64,000 nucleotides of DNA from Myxococcota bacterium (lineage in GTDB: Bacteria; Myxococcota_A; Polyangia; Nannocystales; Nannocystaceae), in NCBI GenBank assembly GCA_039194325.1, contig JBCCWC010000001.1, positions 64,001-128,000 on the forward strand. The letters run 5' to 3'. The notes under the pieces were generated by a model. That model was given only the letters and a program-made list of their open reading frames with translations, made no database searches and was not told the DNA's origin. Below are positions 36,995 to 47,356 of this stretch, one piece after another (position 1 is the first letter of the stretch; every line of letters begins with the position of its first letter). Both the position numbers and the translations under genes were made by a program.

Positions 36995-39559
36995 CTATCC
37001 TCGCCCCGACAACTGCATGGGCCTATCACCGTAGTATTTTCTGGTGTCCGGTGGAGCCTTCGTGCCTCGCATATGGTTGGCCGGCTCGCGGACTACAAAG
37101 GTTCGACGTTTTCCTACCCTCGACAATTTCATATTATAGAGGATTCCTCGGCCGGGAATCTTGAACCCTTGTGTCGTATATCTGCACTTCGGAATCACGG
37201 ATTCCTCGCCTGTGTACCCCAGGGGCAGCTCCACTCTGGCCCCTCTGACCTGGATTACGATGGGAGATTGAGCGGCAGCGCCACTTTTGCTTTTTTCTTC
37301 GTCCTCATCGTCGTCCTTGCTCAGCTTGATCTTCGTCTTTCGGAATGCGCTCGCTCCGTCAATCACCTCATCGATATTCAGTATCTCCAGGCGGGAGATC
37401 CCGAACTCCCACTCGCCCTTGGCGAAGTCGTACTCCGCAGCAACTTCCAGGCCGATTCGCGCGAGTCCCAAACTCACCAGGGTACTGATCGCTCCTTCTT
37501 CTGCCATGGTTCGATCCAATCCAGATTGTGCTGCGAGCATTGACTTTACTGCGTCCTTCTTCTTCTTAGAGCCCCCAGATTGATCATCTGAGTCGCCGTC
37601 GGGCTCCTTATTGAGAGCTTCGGATGCGAGCCGGATCAATGACAAGAGACCATGGATTATCTGATTGGCCACTACATTCGTCGGAGATCCGGTATACTTG
37701 ACCGCGATATTCAGCTTGCCACTCTTATCATTAAGCGATTTCTTGAGCTCGACCTCACCTGCGAGGACATCGAAGAGGGTCGCCTCTAGCTTGAGGTGGA
37801 CGAAGCTCGAAAGCTCGTCCTTTTCTCCGTACTTTGTCTCGACCTTCTTTGCGATCCCGGCGTGAAATTTACCCGATATGCCGGCGTCATGACCAGCTTC
37901 CAGGACGAGCGCTATTTCCTGGACAGACTCGGCACCTTCCCCCTTCTTCATCTTGAACTTATTGGAATAGTCCTGGAATATCATGTCGGCGAGCCACTCG
38001 ATGATCGGCCCGGCAAACTTCTTCCAGTTCGATTTGATTAGTTTGACGGGATCGAAATCGTAGAAGTCTGCCTTTCCCGTTGCGGCCATGGAGAGCAGTT
38101 GTTTTGCGTAATATCCTGAAGGCCCTCCAGTGATGGATATATTGAATTGCTTCTTGAAGATTGCGTAGAGATGCGAGTCTCTGACCGCGTCGAGGGCTTC
38201 GATGAGCGGCCCGAGAGCGCCAGGGGGAGACTCGGCCCAGGAACGTACCATCTTCTCGAGTGAGACGACGAGTAGTTTGACGAGCCGCTTGGACTCGGGT
38301 GACGTTGCTTCGAAAGTAAAGATATTAAGCAAGTCGGCGCTAACGCCCGCTTTGCCCTTCTTGAACCCAACCCCTGCTCCGAACCCCGACTGGGTCTTCA
38401 GCTTGTACTTGCCGTCGTCACGCTCGATCTCAAGCTTTAGCTGCAACGCTAGGTGCACCACCTTGAGAGGGGTAGGAATGGTCGTGGCGAACTCGATCTC
38501 CGCGGCTTGGCCTTCGTGGGGCAATACCTCGTCGTCGTCGATGAGTTTTTCGAAGTCCTGGGAAAACTGCTTGATAGAGAAACTTTTGAGGATGACTCGG
38601 GTTACAGAGAAAGCCTCGGCCAGAGAGGCGGGAAGCGACTTGCCTTCGGCCAGGCTCCTCGCCAGCCGGGGACCAGGGAGAGAGAAGAATGCGTTCTCTG
38701 CGATCTTGGTGGCGCTTTCTCTTTCCAATATTCCCTTGATGACTTGTCCAGTAGGGCTCTCTTTGCTGATTTCGATGAGGAATTCACCGGTATCCGAGAC
38801 AAACTCTCCCGCTTGATCTATGAGCTTGTAGGCGTTCTCGCCACCATCAAGGTGATGCTCAAGAATCCGAACGATGGGGATCTTTCTGATCGCATTGAGG
38901 ACGGACCTCGGGAGAATCGGCGTGCCCGTCCGCCGAAATGTGTGGGTATCGGCACCTAGCTTGCTGAACTGCAGCGCCCCGTCGGAGCCCCCGGCCGGGG
39001 TCATCACCGTGTCGCCGAGCAACCCCTCGGCCGAGCGACCTTGGACCACCAGATCCGCAGCGGCGTCTGCCTGTCGTTCATATCGGTCGCCAGGCTGCCC
39101 AACTCCATTGTTTATATGAACCCCGCGTGCCTGCTGCACCACATGCGCGGCCTCGTGAGCCGCAGTATGGAGATCTGGTGAAGATCTAAATGCGACGTGA
39201 GAGCCGAGCGTGTACGCGATCGCGCCCATCTCGCGGTTCGCGCTTCTTGCGTTACTGTCGAGGTGTGCACGAATATGGCCAATCTTATGGCGACCAAACG
39301 AACGCTGAATCACATCTAGGTGAGGAAGAGGTTGAGAGGTACCGATGAGACCGCTGAGGGCGATCGGATGCATTTCGGGTCGGTTGGGCGTCTCTTTCTT
39401 GGTCTGGATCGCATCGGCGAAACAATTGCTTTGGTCGACAAAGCCAATGCCCGATGTGGGCGGAGTAATCGCCACCGGAGACGCCGTCGTCGATGACTCG
39501 GGTTGGCAATGATGTGCCGAGTGCTCAGCGGCCTCGTGGGAGTCAGTGGCGTGTTCCAT
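36995..39559 (-). CDS. DUF4157 (eCIS core) protein with an unrecognised C-terminal payload
   Basis: GAIAYTLG...AAHEAAHVVQQ...YERQADAAA, followed by about 650 aa of lower-GC sequence I do not recognise. Confidence 0.85.
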   Translation of the reverse strand: MEHATDSHEAAEHSAHHCQPESSTTASPVAITPPTSGIGFVDQSNCFADAIQTKKETPNRPEMHPIALSGLIGTSQPLPHLDVIQRSFGRHKIGHIRAHLDSNARSANREMGAIAYTLGSHVAFRSSPDLHTAAHEAAHVVQQARGVHINNGVGQPGDRYERQADAAADLVVQGRSAEGLLGDTVMTPAGGSDGALQFSKLGADTHTFRRTGTPILPRSVLNAIRKIPIVRILEHHLDGGENAYKLIDQAGEFVSDTGEFLIEISKESPTGQVIKGILERESATKIAENAFFSLPGPRLARSLAEGKSLPASLAEAFSVTRVILKSFSIKQFSQDFEKLIDDDEVLPHEGQAAEIEFATTIPTPLKVVHLALQLKLEIERDDGKYKLKTQSGFGAGVGFKKGKAGVSADLLNIFTFEATSPESKRLVKLLVVSLEKMVRSWAESPPGALGPLIEALDAVRDSHLYAIFKKQFNISITGGPSGYYAKQLLSMAATGKADFYDFDPVKLIKSNWKKFAGPIIEWLADMIFQDYSNKFKMKKGEGAESVQEIALVLEAGHDAGISGKFHAGIAKKVETKYGEKDELSSFVHLKLEATLFDVLAGEVELKKSLNDKSGKLNIAVKYTGSPTNVVANQIIHGLLSLIRLASEALNKEPDGDSDDQSGGSKKKKDAVKSMLAAQSGLDRTMAEEGAISTLVSLGLARIGLEVAAEYDFAKGEWEFGISRLEILNIDEVIDGASAFRKTKIKLSKDDDEDEEKSKSGAAAQSPIVIQVRGARVELPLGYTGEESVIPKCRYTTQGFKIPGRGILYNMKLSRVGKRRTFVVREPANHMRGTKAPPDTRKYYGDRPMQLSGRG

Positions 39560-39644
39560 ATCAACGATCTTCGTAGGTGGAGAATTGGATGGGATTCGTC
39601 ATGATGGGCTAGGAGATGTCGTCTACAGTCCCTCGATCGCGACT

Positions 39645-41021
39645 CTATCCCTTGCCCTCTTTACTCAGCTCGCGCCGGATCCCCTGCTGAAGATCCCCCG
39701 ACTTGATCACGTTCTCCCCCCGCCGCAGCGCCTGCATCGAGGCGTACCGGATCACGTTCATGATCGCCCCCCCCGAGAGCACCTTGTCCCGCGCGATCTT
39801 CCCCAGGTCGATCCGTGGATCCAGCTGCGCCCGCGCCGAGAACCCCTGCTGCCAAAGCCGCAGCCGCTCCTCGGGCCGCGGCATGGGGAAGTAGATCACC
39901 GACTCGAACCGCCGCGCGAAGGCCTTATCGAGGTTCTCCTTGAAGTTCGACGCCAGGATCGCGATCCCGTCGAACACCTCGATCCTCTGCAACAAGAACG
40001 AGATCTCCTGATTGGCGTACCGATCCCGCGCATCCTTGGTCTCGCTGCGCTTGCCAAAGAGCGCGTCGGCCTCATCGAAGAACAGGATCCACCCCTTGTG
40101 CTGCGCCTGGTCGAAGACCTTCGCGAGGTTCTTCTCGGTCTCGCCGATGTACTTGGAGACCACCAGCGACAGATCCACCCGGTACACGTCCCGCCCGGTG
40201 GCCCTGCCCATCAGGCACGCGGTCATCGTCTTGCCCGCGCCGGGCGGCCCGTAAAAGAGGCTGCGGTACCCAGGCCGCAGCTTGGGCGCCATGCCCCACT
40301 CGCTCATCAGCGTGTCGCCGTGCTCGATCCACGCCATGATCTCGTCGATCTGGCTCTGCGTCCCCGGATGGAGCACCAGGTCGTTCCAGCTGAGCGCCGT
40401 CTCGATCCGCTGCGCAGGAAACTCCGCCCCGAACGCGGGGCGCCGCGGCTCGGCGGTGGTCAGCCGGGCCAGCCACTCCTCCGAGATCCGCAGCGGCGCT
40501 TGCAGCCGCACCTGGTCCTGCCCCGGCATGGGCACCAGCCGCACGATGTCCTCGCGCGTGAACGCGTGCTCACGCGCGAAGAGCTGCTCGAGCCCAAAGC
40601 GGATCTCCAGCTGCCGCCCGGCGAGCACGAACGCCAGCGTCTCGCCCGTGGGCACGAAGTCGTGGCGCGGGCTACGAACGAGCCCGCCGAACTCGGTGAA
40701 CGGCCGATCGAACCGACCGTTGCGCACGAAGAACACGTCGAGCAATTGCGGCCGAATGTGCGGCGTAAGGGCCAAGATAAGCGCCACCCGCTCGGCGAAC
40801 CCCAGGCTCAGGCGGCGGACCAGCTGGGCATAGGCCGAAGGCGACTCAGAGAGTGCGGGCGGCGTGACCTCGAAGACGCTGGTGTGCTCGCACTCTTCTT
40901 GCTCGAAGTACAGCCGAAACCGCACATCGAGCACCTGGGCGAACCACTCCAGCTCGCGCTCGAGGTCACGCGCATTGTGCCCGAGCGCCTCGGGCAACAC
41001 GAAAGGCACGGGGCTGCTCAT
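39645..41021 (-). CDS. eCIS AAA+ ATPase (Afp15/Pvc15-like)
   Basis: GPPGAGKT, VVSKYIGETEKNL, LFFDEADALFGKR, DRYANQE. Confidence 0.92.
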   Translation of the reverse strand: MSSPVPFVLPEALGHNARDLERELEWFAQVLDVRFRLYFEQEECEHTSVFEVTPPALSESPSAYAQLVRRLSLGFAERVALILALTPHIRPQLLDVFFVRNGRFDRPFTEFGGLVRSPRHDFVPTGETLAFVLAGRQLEIRFGLEQLFAREHAFTREDIVRLVPMPGQDQVRLQAPLRISEEWLARLTTAEPRRPAFGAEFPAQRIETALSWNDLVLHPGTQSQIDEIMAWIEHGDTLMSEWGMAPKLRPGYRSLFYGPPGAGKTMTACLMGRATGRDVYRVDLSLVVSKYIGETEKNLAKVFDQAQHKGWILFFDEADALFGKRSETKDARDRYANQEISFLLQRIEVFDGIAILASNFKENLDKAFARRFESVIYFPMPRPEERLRLWQQGFSARAQLDPRIDLGKIARDKVLSGGAIMNVIRYASMQALRRGENVIKSGDLQQGIRRELSKEGKG

Positions 41022-41035
41022 GACCGCTCCCTCCG

Positions 41036-41090
41036 CTTCGCCCACTTCGCCCACTTCGCCCGCTTCGCCCACTTCACCCGCTTCACCCGT
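41036..41090. repeat. 9-bp tandem repeat (CACTTCGCC-like) at the tape-measure/ATPase junction
   Basis: About 6 imperfect units read directly. Confidence 0.8.
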
Positions 41091-42813
41091 TCCTCCAGTC
41101 CACGTGGATCACGGTGTCCATCCACGGCAGCCGGATCCACTCGTAGCTCCACGGCAGCTGGTCGAGCACGACGTCGTAGGTCTCCCGCTCCACCCGCAAA
41201 AGCCACGCGCCGTCGCGCGGACCCAGCAGGCCGGTCCGCAGCAGGAACGTGGCCCGAAACCCAGCGGTGGACATGCGGTGGAGGATCGGCGCGTGCTCGA
41301 TCACCGCCGACAAGAACGCCTCACTGGCCTCGACCTCGACCTCGGACACGGGCGGGCCAAAGACCACGACGTCGTCGAGCGCCAGCCCGCAGAGCACCTT
41401 GGCCAGCGGCAGGTGGTACTCCAGCAGCACGGGATCCCGGGTGACCAGGTGGTGCAGCAGGCCCACCGCGCGATGCTGGGCGGCCGGCTCACGAAACCGG
41501 TGCTCGTCGTCGACCAGCCCGAGGCCCTGGAAGAAACGACGCAAGAACGGACCCAACAAGACCAAGCCGGCGTCGTGGACCTGGACATCGTCCGAAGGGA
41601 TCGCGGACAGGCCCGAGCCAATCCGAGGGTCCGGCGCCGTGGGGCTCGGTGGTCGACCCGAGGAACTGGAGCGCGAGGAGGAGCGGGAAGACGAGCGCAA
41701 GGACGAACGCAAGGACGAGCGCTCCGCGACGTCGTCTCCCGCACGGTGCTCGGGCTCCGACGACAACGTACGACGCGCCTCGATCTCGGGCATGCCAGCT
41801 TCGGCGCTTGGGTCATCGGGTCCATTCCCATTGACCTCCGACTCCGGCGACGGTCGAGACGAGCGCGTATCCGTCGAAGCTCGCTGCGCACCTCCAGGAA
41901 GCTCCGCGAGCAACGACTCGATCATTGGCACCCCCGCTCGACCACCGCGATCCCTCGGAGCCGACATCGTGCTCGGCTCGGCCCGCTGCGCTGCGGCGAT
42001 CCCCTCCAGCACCGCCCGATATGTCGTCTTCAGGTGTAGCGCCACCATCACCAAGATCCGCTTGACCCGCTCCGGCGCCGTCCCCTTCGTCGGCGATGCC
42101 GCCTCGTGCAGCGCCCCTTGCCACGCCGCCACGCGCAGCCGGGACGGCGACGCTCGCAGCGAGGTAGCGCTGCCCTCGACCAGCGCCACGATCAACCGCA
42201 CCATACCGCCAGGCGTCGCCTCCGAGCGGCCCAACGAGATCCGAGCAACCCCGGGCGGCTCGATCACCCCGCACAGCCGGGTCAGCGACTCGTCATCGAG
42301 TGCCCGCACCAGCCGCTCGAGCGCCGCGGGGGATCCACCCAGCGCGCGCATCAACGCCGCGGTGGGCTCGGGCGCCTCGGCAGCGAGTCGCCCGACCACC
42401 TGCGGCAGCAGTCGGGGCTGGCGAGCGTCTACCCACCACGGCATGCAGCCGGTGCGGGCAAACACCTCCAGCGTCTCGAGGGCGGCCCGAACCTCGTGGG
42501 GCGGCTCTCCCCGCTGGCGAGCCTTCACTCGTCCCTCGCGGATCTGCCGGGGCAGCGCCTCGCCCAACACCCGGGCCAGCCGCTCCACGAACCGACGCTC
42601 GAACTCGTGCTCGGCGATCTCGCCCAGATCCAGCTCGATTCGATCGATCCGGTCGAGCCGGTCGGGGGGGCTCACCTCGCTGCACAGCCGCTCCAACAGC
42701 GGCACCAGCCGATCCCGCTGTAGCCGGCTGGCGCGATCTTGCAGCCGGCGAGCCAGCGCGCGCTCGGGTACGTCGAGCTCGACGACCTGTCGCATGATCC
42801 GGTGCGTGCTCAC
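41083..42813 (-). CDS. Contractile injection system tape measure protein (Afp14-like)
   Basis: RIDRIELDLG, TGCMPWW, DAGLVLLGPFL, LAKVLCG, YDVVLDQLPWS...LPWM. Confidence 0.88.
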   Translation of the reverse strand: MSTHRIMRQVVELDVPERALARRLQDRASRLQRDRLVPLLERLCSEVSPPDRLDRIDRIELDLGEIAEHEFERRFVERLARVLGEALPRQIREGRVKARQRGEPPHEVRAALETLEVFARTGCMPWWVDARQPRLLPQVVGRLAAEAPEPTAALMRALGGSPAALERLVRALDDESLTRLCGVIEPPGVARISLGRSEATPGGMVRLIVALVEGSATSLRASPSRLRVAAWQGALHEAASPTKGTAPERVKRILVMVALHLKTTYRAVLEGIAAAQRAEPSTMSAPRDRGGRAGVPMIESLLAELPGGAQRASTDTRSSRPSPESEVNGNGPDDPSAEAGMPEIEARRTLSSEPEHRAGDDVAERSSLRSSLRSSSRSSSRSSSSGRPPSPTAPDPRIGSGLSAIPSDDVQVHDAGLVLLGPFLRRFFQGLGLVDDEHRFREPAAQHRAVGLLHHLVTRDPVLLEYHLPLAKVLCGLALDDVVVFGPPVSEVEVEASEAFLSAVIEHAPILHRMSTAGFRATFLLRTGLLGPRDGAWLLRVERETYDVVLDQLPWSYEWIRLPWMDTVIHVDWRNG

Positions 42814-42825
42814 CCGCGGTTACCC

Positions 42826-45576
42826 CTATCCGGCCTCCACCTGCAGCGGGAGCACCACGTCGAGCACCACCGTCTGTGGACCCCCGGCCGGCTCGGGGGT
42901 CTGCGTGCCCAGGATCCGCAGATCCACCCCGGCGGTGATCGGCTCGGTCTGTAGCATCACCGTGCCGCCCGTGCCCTCCACCGCTTGTGGTGACAGCGTC
43001 TGTGCGACGGTCTGCCCATCCAGCCGCACCAGCGTATAGCTCACCCCCTGTTGGCTGCCCACGAGCTCCACCTGCACCTCGGCCCCGCTCTCGACCACGC
43101 GAGGATCGGTGGGGCTGGGGCTCTCGCTCGTAGGATCGGCCCACGTGCCGCTGAGGATCCGGGCGCTCGGCGAGGCGTCGAGCCCCACCGCGACCTCGAC
43201 CACCTGGCCGAGGTACACCCACGGCCCGTCGCCGCTAGTGCTCACGCGGAGCCGATAGCTCTGCGCCTGAGTGATCACCGGCGACTCGACGACGATCGTC
43301 CCGCCGGTCCCCGCCATCGCGGGTGCCTCGATCGCTACGTCGTCGGTGGCGTGCCACAGCGCATAGGTGCGCGACCGCTGGCTGTGCTGGACCCAGATCT
43401 TCGCGGTCTGGCCCTCGACCACCATCAGCCGCTCGGGCACCGGTAGATCCCGCAGCGGTGAGGCCTGCCCCACCTTCAGCAGCTCGATCATGCGATCCCG
43501 CGCCGCTCGCAGCCCCTGGTGCTGGGCCGAGTCGGCCCGATGGGCACGCAGCGCCTGGTGCAGCGCCTGCTGGGCTCCCTCGACGTTGTTGAACTCGTCG
43601 TTGGCCAGCCAGTGCACATACACGGTGAGGTGCGCGGGCGTCTGGGCCCGGATCGTGTGCTCGACGAACTTGCGAAAGTCGACCTGACCAAAGCGCACCG
43701 GATCTGCCGGCAGCGCCACGCTCAGCTGCAGCGAGTAGGGATCGGGCTGGGCCGGCGCGGTCAGCAGCGGCGCCGCGGCGGTCGAGCTCGCCGACGGGGC
43801 GCCGACATCCTGCGGCACCGGACGCAGCAGCACGTGCTCGACCACCACCAGCCGCTCGCCGAGGCTGGCCTCCAGCCCCAGCGCAAGCGCAAGCCGACGC
43901 TGCAGGCCCGACACGTCGTCCTCACACTCGGCCCCGATCACGTCGACCCCGGTGCTGCGACCTCCGCTGACGCGCGGGAGCTGCTGCAAGAACGCCCGCT
44001 TGTCCCGGGCCAGCTTGGCGGTGGCCGAGGTCTCCCCCGGCGGCAGCGCCCCTGCGAGCACCAGGGCATACTCGCCAAAGCTCTCGCCGTAGCGCGCCAG
44101 CAGGTGATCGAGGAAGCGGTTGTCGCGATCCCCCCGATCGCCTGGATCAGGGGTGGTCTGGGTGATCGAGTCCAGCACGGCCTGGTGCGCGCTCGCGTCG
44201 CCCAGCCGCACCTGCTGCAGGCCCAGCTCTGGGTCGTCGATCATCCGGGCCGCGTAGGTCGGCCCGGCGCTGCCGGTGAACGACAGCAAGCAGCGCGCGT
44301 GACCCAGCTGGGCGAAGGCGTTGGCCAGCAGCTGGTCGAACACCAGCAGGTACGCCTTGAGCTGCCTGGCCTGCGCCCGTCGCAGGGTCGAGGCCGAGCC
44401 GGGAAGTCCGGCGGGGCCGATGCCGTAGCACCCCGGCAGGTCGTGCTGGATCGAGGTGTACTCGGCCAGGTGACGATCACGACCGACCGGCGGGACCAGG
44501 TCGCGCTCGTGCACGGCCAGCGGTCGCGCGACCGCGGCCTTCTGGGCGCGCGCGGTGTAGGCCGCCACGACCCGGGCCGGATCCACGCTGGCCGCCAGCC
44601 CCTCGCGCATCAGGGTGATCGACGAGAGGTTGAGGTCGAGGCGCGGGGACCGAGCAGGGTCGAGCGTCAGCGACCAGGGCTCGTCCTTGATCCCGTTGGA
44701 CACGGTGATGTCACGGACCGCACGAACCCCCGGCACGTCCATGATCGCGTGGATCAGATCCGAGGTCCGCACCGCAGTGCGCCGCTCCATGGCCGCGAGC
44801 GCGTCGTCGTCGAGGAACCCGTGATCGAGCCGCGGGCCTTCGAAGATCCGATCGACCGGGGTGCCCTTGGCGAGCAGCTCCCCCAGGGTGGAGAAGCGCA
44901 CGGTGGGGGCCATATAGGCGGTGATCGCCTCGTAGATCGCCACCAGCACCGCCTCGGCGTCCTGCCCGGGCGCGACCTCGATCCGTGCCTTCACCGCGAT
45001 GTCCTGCGGCTCGAGCAAGCGGAGCTCGTAGAAGTCTTCGCCCAGCGGCCGGTGAGCGGACAGCCGCTGCTCTACCGCTTGTCGCACCGCCGCGCCGTCG
45101 AGATCGAGCAGATCGGAGGTCTCGACGAGCACCCGGTAAAGACCCCGGATCGCGATCGCCGTCTTGTCCCGCTCGGCCACCGTGGAGGGGCCGCCCGCCT
45201 CGAGGTGCAGCTGGTCGAGGCCCGCGTGGTGATAGAAGGCCGGCTCGGCGTCGTCGACCGGCTCGATCCACGCGTTGCGCACGCCCTCCACGTCGAGCAC
45301 CAGCTTGCGCAGGTCGAGCGCGGTCACCGGCTCGGTGGTCAGCACGGTGGCCGGGCTGTAGAGGCTGCCGTAGGGGTCGGCGTCACCGGCGAGCAGGTCA
45401 GGGATGTCGTGCGCGATGCGATAGCCCAGATCGGTGATCGCGTAGCACAGCTGCTCGAGGATCGTGATGCCCGGATCGTGCGCGTTGAAGTCGGTCCAGG
45501 TGCGGCTGGCCAGGCGCTCAAGCGCGGCGATGCCCTCACGGCGTAGGGCGGCGTAGTCGGTGGTGATGTTCATCAC
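42826..45576 (-). CDS. eCIS baseplate protein (Afp12/Pvc12-like) with C-terminal Ig-like repeats
   Basis: WTDFNAHDPGITILE, QLKAYLLVFDQLLAN, FLDHLLARYGE, VEHVLLRP, DPYS, TPAHL. Confidence 0.88.
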   Translation of the reverse strand: MMNITTDYAALRREGIAALERLASRTWTDFNAHDPGITILEQLCYAITDLGYRIAHDIPDLLAGDADPYGSLYSPATVLTTEPVTALDLRKLVLDVEGVRNAWIEPVDDAEPAFYHHAGLDQLHLEAGGPSTVAERDKTAIAIRGLYRVLVETSDLLDLDGAAVRQAVEQRLSAHRPLGEDFYELRLLEPQDIAVKARIEVAPGQDAEAVLVAIYEAITAYMAPTVRFSTLGELLAKGTPVDRIFEGPRLDHGFLDDDALAAMERRTAVRTSDLIHAIMDVPGVRAVRDITVSNGIKDEPWSLTLDPARSPRLDLNLSSITLMREGLAASVDPARVVAAYTARAQKAAVARPLAVHERDLVPPVGRDRHLAEYTSIQHDLPGCYGIGPAGLPGSASTLRRAQARQLKAYLLVFDQLLANAFAQLGHARCLLSFTGSAGPTYAARMIDDPELGLQQVRLGDASAHQAVLDSITQTTPDPGDRGDRDNRFLDHLLARYGESFGEYALVLAGALPPGETSATAKLARDKRAFLQQLPRVSGGRSTGVDVIGAECEDDVSGLQRRLALALGLEASLGERLVVVEHVLLRPVPQDVGAPSASSTAAAPLLTAPAQPDPYSLQLSVALPADPVRFGQVDFRKFVEHTIRAQTPAHLTVYVHWLANDEFNNVEGAQQALHQALRAHRADSAQHQGLRAARDRMIELLKVGQASPLRDLPVPERLMVVEGQTAKIWVQHSQRSRTYALWHATDDVAIEAPAMAGTGGTIVVESPVITQAQSYRLRVSTSGDGPWVYLGQVVEVAVGLDASPSARILSGTWADPTSESPSPTDPRVVESGAEVQVELVGSQQGVSYTLVRLDGQTVAQTLSPQAVEGTGGTVMLQTEPITAGVDLRILGTQTPEPAGGPQTVVLDVVLPLQVEAG

Positions 45577-45603
45577 GTCAGCCCGTTCGAGATCGAAGGC
45601 AGA

Positions 45604-46401
45604 TCATGTCTCTGCGCTCATGGGTATACCAACAGGGAAGCTGATGCCGTCGAGCGTAAAGCCATCTTGGTGGAGGTTGTGACCGGACATTATCTGGCCG
45701 TCGTTCTGAATTGTAATGTCATCATGCCCGTTGTGATGAGTAAATACTACGATCCGGAGGGTATTGTCGGGCCAATGCCCAGCCGGCAGTGTACCGATAA
45801 CCTCACCAGGGCCGATACTGGAGCTCGCCCCTATGTAACCTCGAAGATGAACGACACCCACCGGATCCTTGAATGCCGATGGCTGTGGCCTCGATAAATT
45901 ATAATAGGTCTCTATCCAAGAGAACTTCGGCGTCGTCAAACTGATGGCCTCCCACTGCCCCGTCTCGGGCGGCGCCGGAATCAAGCGACCGCTACAGATG
46001 ATGTCCCCGTCCACGTGCAGCGCTGCCTGCGGCTCGAGCGTGCCGATGCCCACCTGCCCCGTGGCGTGATCGACGAATAGGCGACTGACACCCGATGCGT
46101 CGTCGATGCTCAGCCCTCGCTTCGCTGTGGCCGGGTCGCTCACCGTGGAGCGCGGGTTCATCGTGAGCACCCAGGTCGGGTTGGCGTCGTCGAATGACTC
46201 GTACAGGTGCAGCACCTGCCGCCGACTCGCTGCGTCGCCCGCCGCCTCCAGGCTTAGCGGGCCGTCCGGCGGCTTGATGATCCGATCGTCCCGCTGGTTG
46301 AGCATGCCGTCGATCAACTCGGAGAACTCGCCCTCCGAGGGGATCGCGTGTTTGATGAAATAGGTCTTGAGCTGACTACGGCTCGATCCGTTGATGTCCA
46401 T
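45604..46401 (-). CDS. eCIS tail fibre/adhesin, copy 3
   Basis: N-terminal RSQLKTYF...PSEGEFSELIDGMLNQRDD, GQVGIGT, and C-terminal KDPVGVVHLRG receptor-binding-like domain. Confidence 0.75.
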   Translation of the reverse strand: MDINGSSRSQLKTYFIKHAIPSEGEFSELIDGMLNQRDDRIIKPPDGPLSLEAAGDAASRRQVLHLYESFDDANPTWVLTMNPRSTVSDPATAKRGLSIDDASGVSRLFVDHATGQVGIGTLEPQAALHVDGDIICSGRLIPAPPETGQWEAISLTTPKFSWIETYYNLSRPQPSAFKDPVGVVHLRGYIGASSSIGPGEVIGTLPAGHWPDNTLRIVVFTHHNGHDDITIQNDGQIMSGHNLHQDGFTLDGISFPVGIPMSAET

Positions 46402-46547
46402 GATCGTATCCTGTGCGACGCTGTGGTACCGCGAGCCGAAGCTCGTGGGGTTAGTCGGTGCCTGCGGTGTATCACTCGGCTCTGCACCCGTAGCCGATCG
46501 TCCTAGGTCCACCGAGGATCCGAGACTGCCACCGTTCTGGTTCTTAC

Positions 46548-47354
46548 CTACAGTGTACTAAAGGAGCACCCCTCCAGGGTAATATGCACCCCCACGCTCC
46601 CTCCAACCTGTAGTTCACACACACTCTCATTATTATTCTCGACCATGACCACATTGATGGTCGAATTCGAGTTCAAAGCAGCCCATGTAGGCATGATCGT
46701 CGAGCGGCCGACCATGATATCAGGCGGAAATTCGAGGATCGTGGTGCCATCGGCCGTGGTTCCACCCGTGATGAACCCTCTGAGATGAACGATACCCAGG
46801 TTGTCCTTGATGAACCCTGGAGCCCCCCAAGAGGCTGATGGCACCCAGCCGTTCCTCAGCTCGAGCTGAGGCGCTCCCGGTTGCAGAGTGCCTTCCTCGA
46901 CCAACTCGGTCCATGTAGGCTGGGTTTGCGCTGTAACCGTTCCGCTGCAGATGATATCCCCGGCCACATGCAGCGCCGCCTGCGGCTCCACCGTCCCGAT
47001 CCCGACGTTACCGGTCGCATGATCGATGAATAGCCGGCTCACCCCGCTCGGATCCCCGATGCTCAGCCCACGGTGCGCAGTCGCCGGATCGGCAGGATCC
47101 GCCCGCGGGTTGAGCCGCAGCGACCACTCTGGATCGGCATCGGCAAATGTCCGGTACAGGTTGAGGACCGACTTGACGCTCGCGGGATCCCCGGCCGCCT
47201 CGATGTTCAGCGGGTTGCCGGCCTGCTTGACCAAGCCGTCGTCTCGCTGGTTGATCATGCCGTCGATGAGTTCCCCAAACTGCTGCTCGGTAGGGACGGC
47301 ATCGGTGAGAAAGTATGCCTTGAGGGCACTACGGTCTTTTTGCGTGATGTCCAT
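46548..47354 (-). CDS. eCIS tail fibre/adhesin, copy 2
   Basis: RSALKAYF...PTEQQFGELIDGMINQRDDG, GNVGIGT, LRNGW...KDNLGIVHLRG. Confidence 0.75.
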   Translation of the reverse strand: MDITQKDRSALKAYFLTDAVPTEQQFGELIDGMINQRDDGLVKQAGNPLNIEAAGDPASVKSVLNLYRTFADADPEWSLRLNPRADPADPATAHRGLSIGDPSGVSRLFIDHATGNVGIGTVEPQAALHVAGDIICSGTVTAQTQPTWTELVEEGTLQPGAPQLELRNGWVPSASWGAPGFIKDNLGIVHLRGFITGGTTADGTTILEFPPDIMVGRSTIMPTWAALNSNSTINVVMVENNNESVCELQVGGSVGVHITLEGCSFSTL

Positions 47355-47356
47355 GA

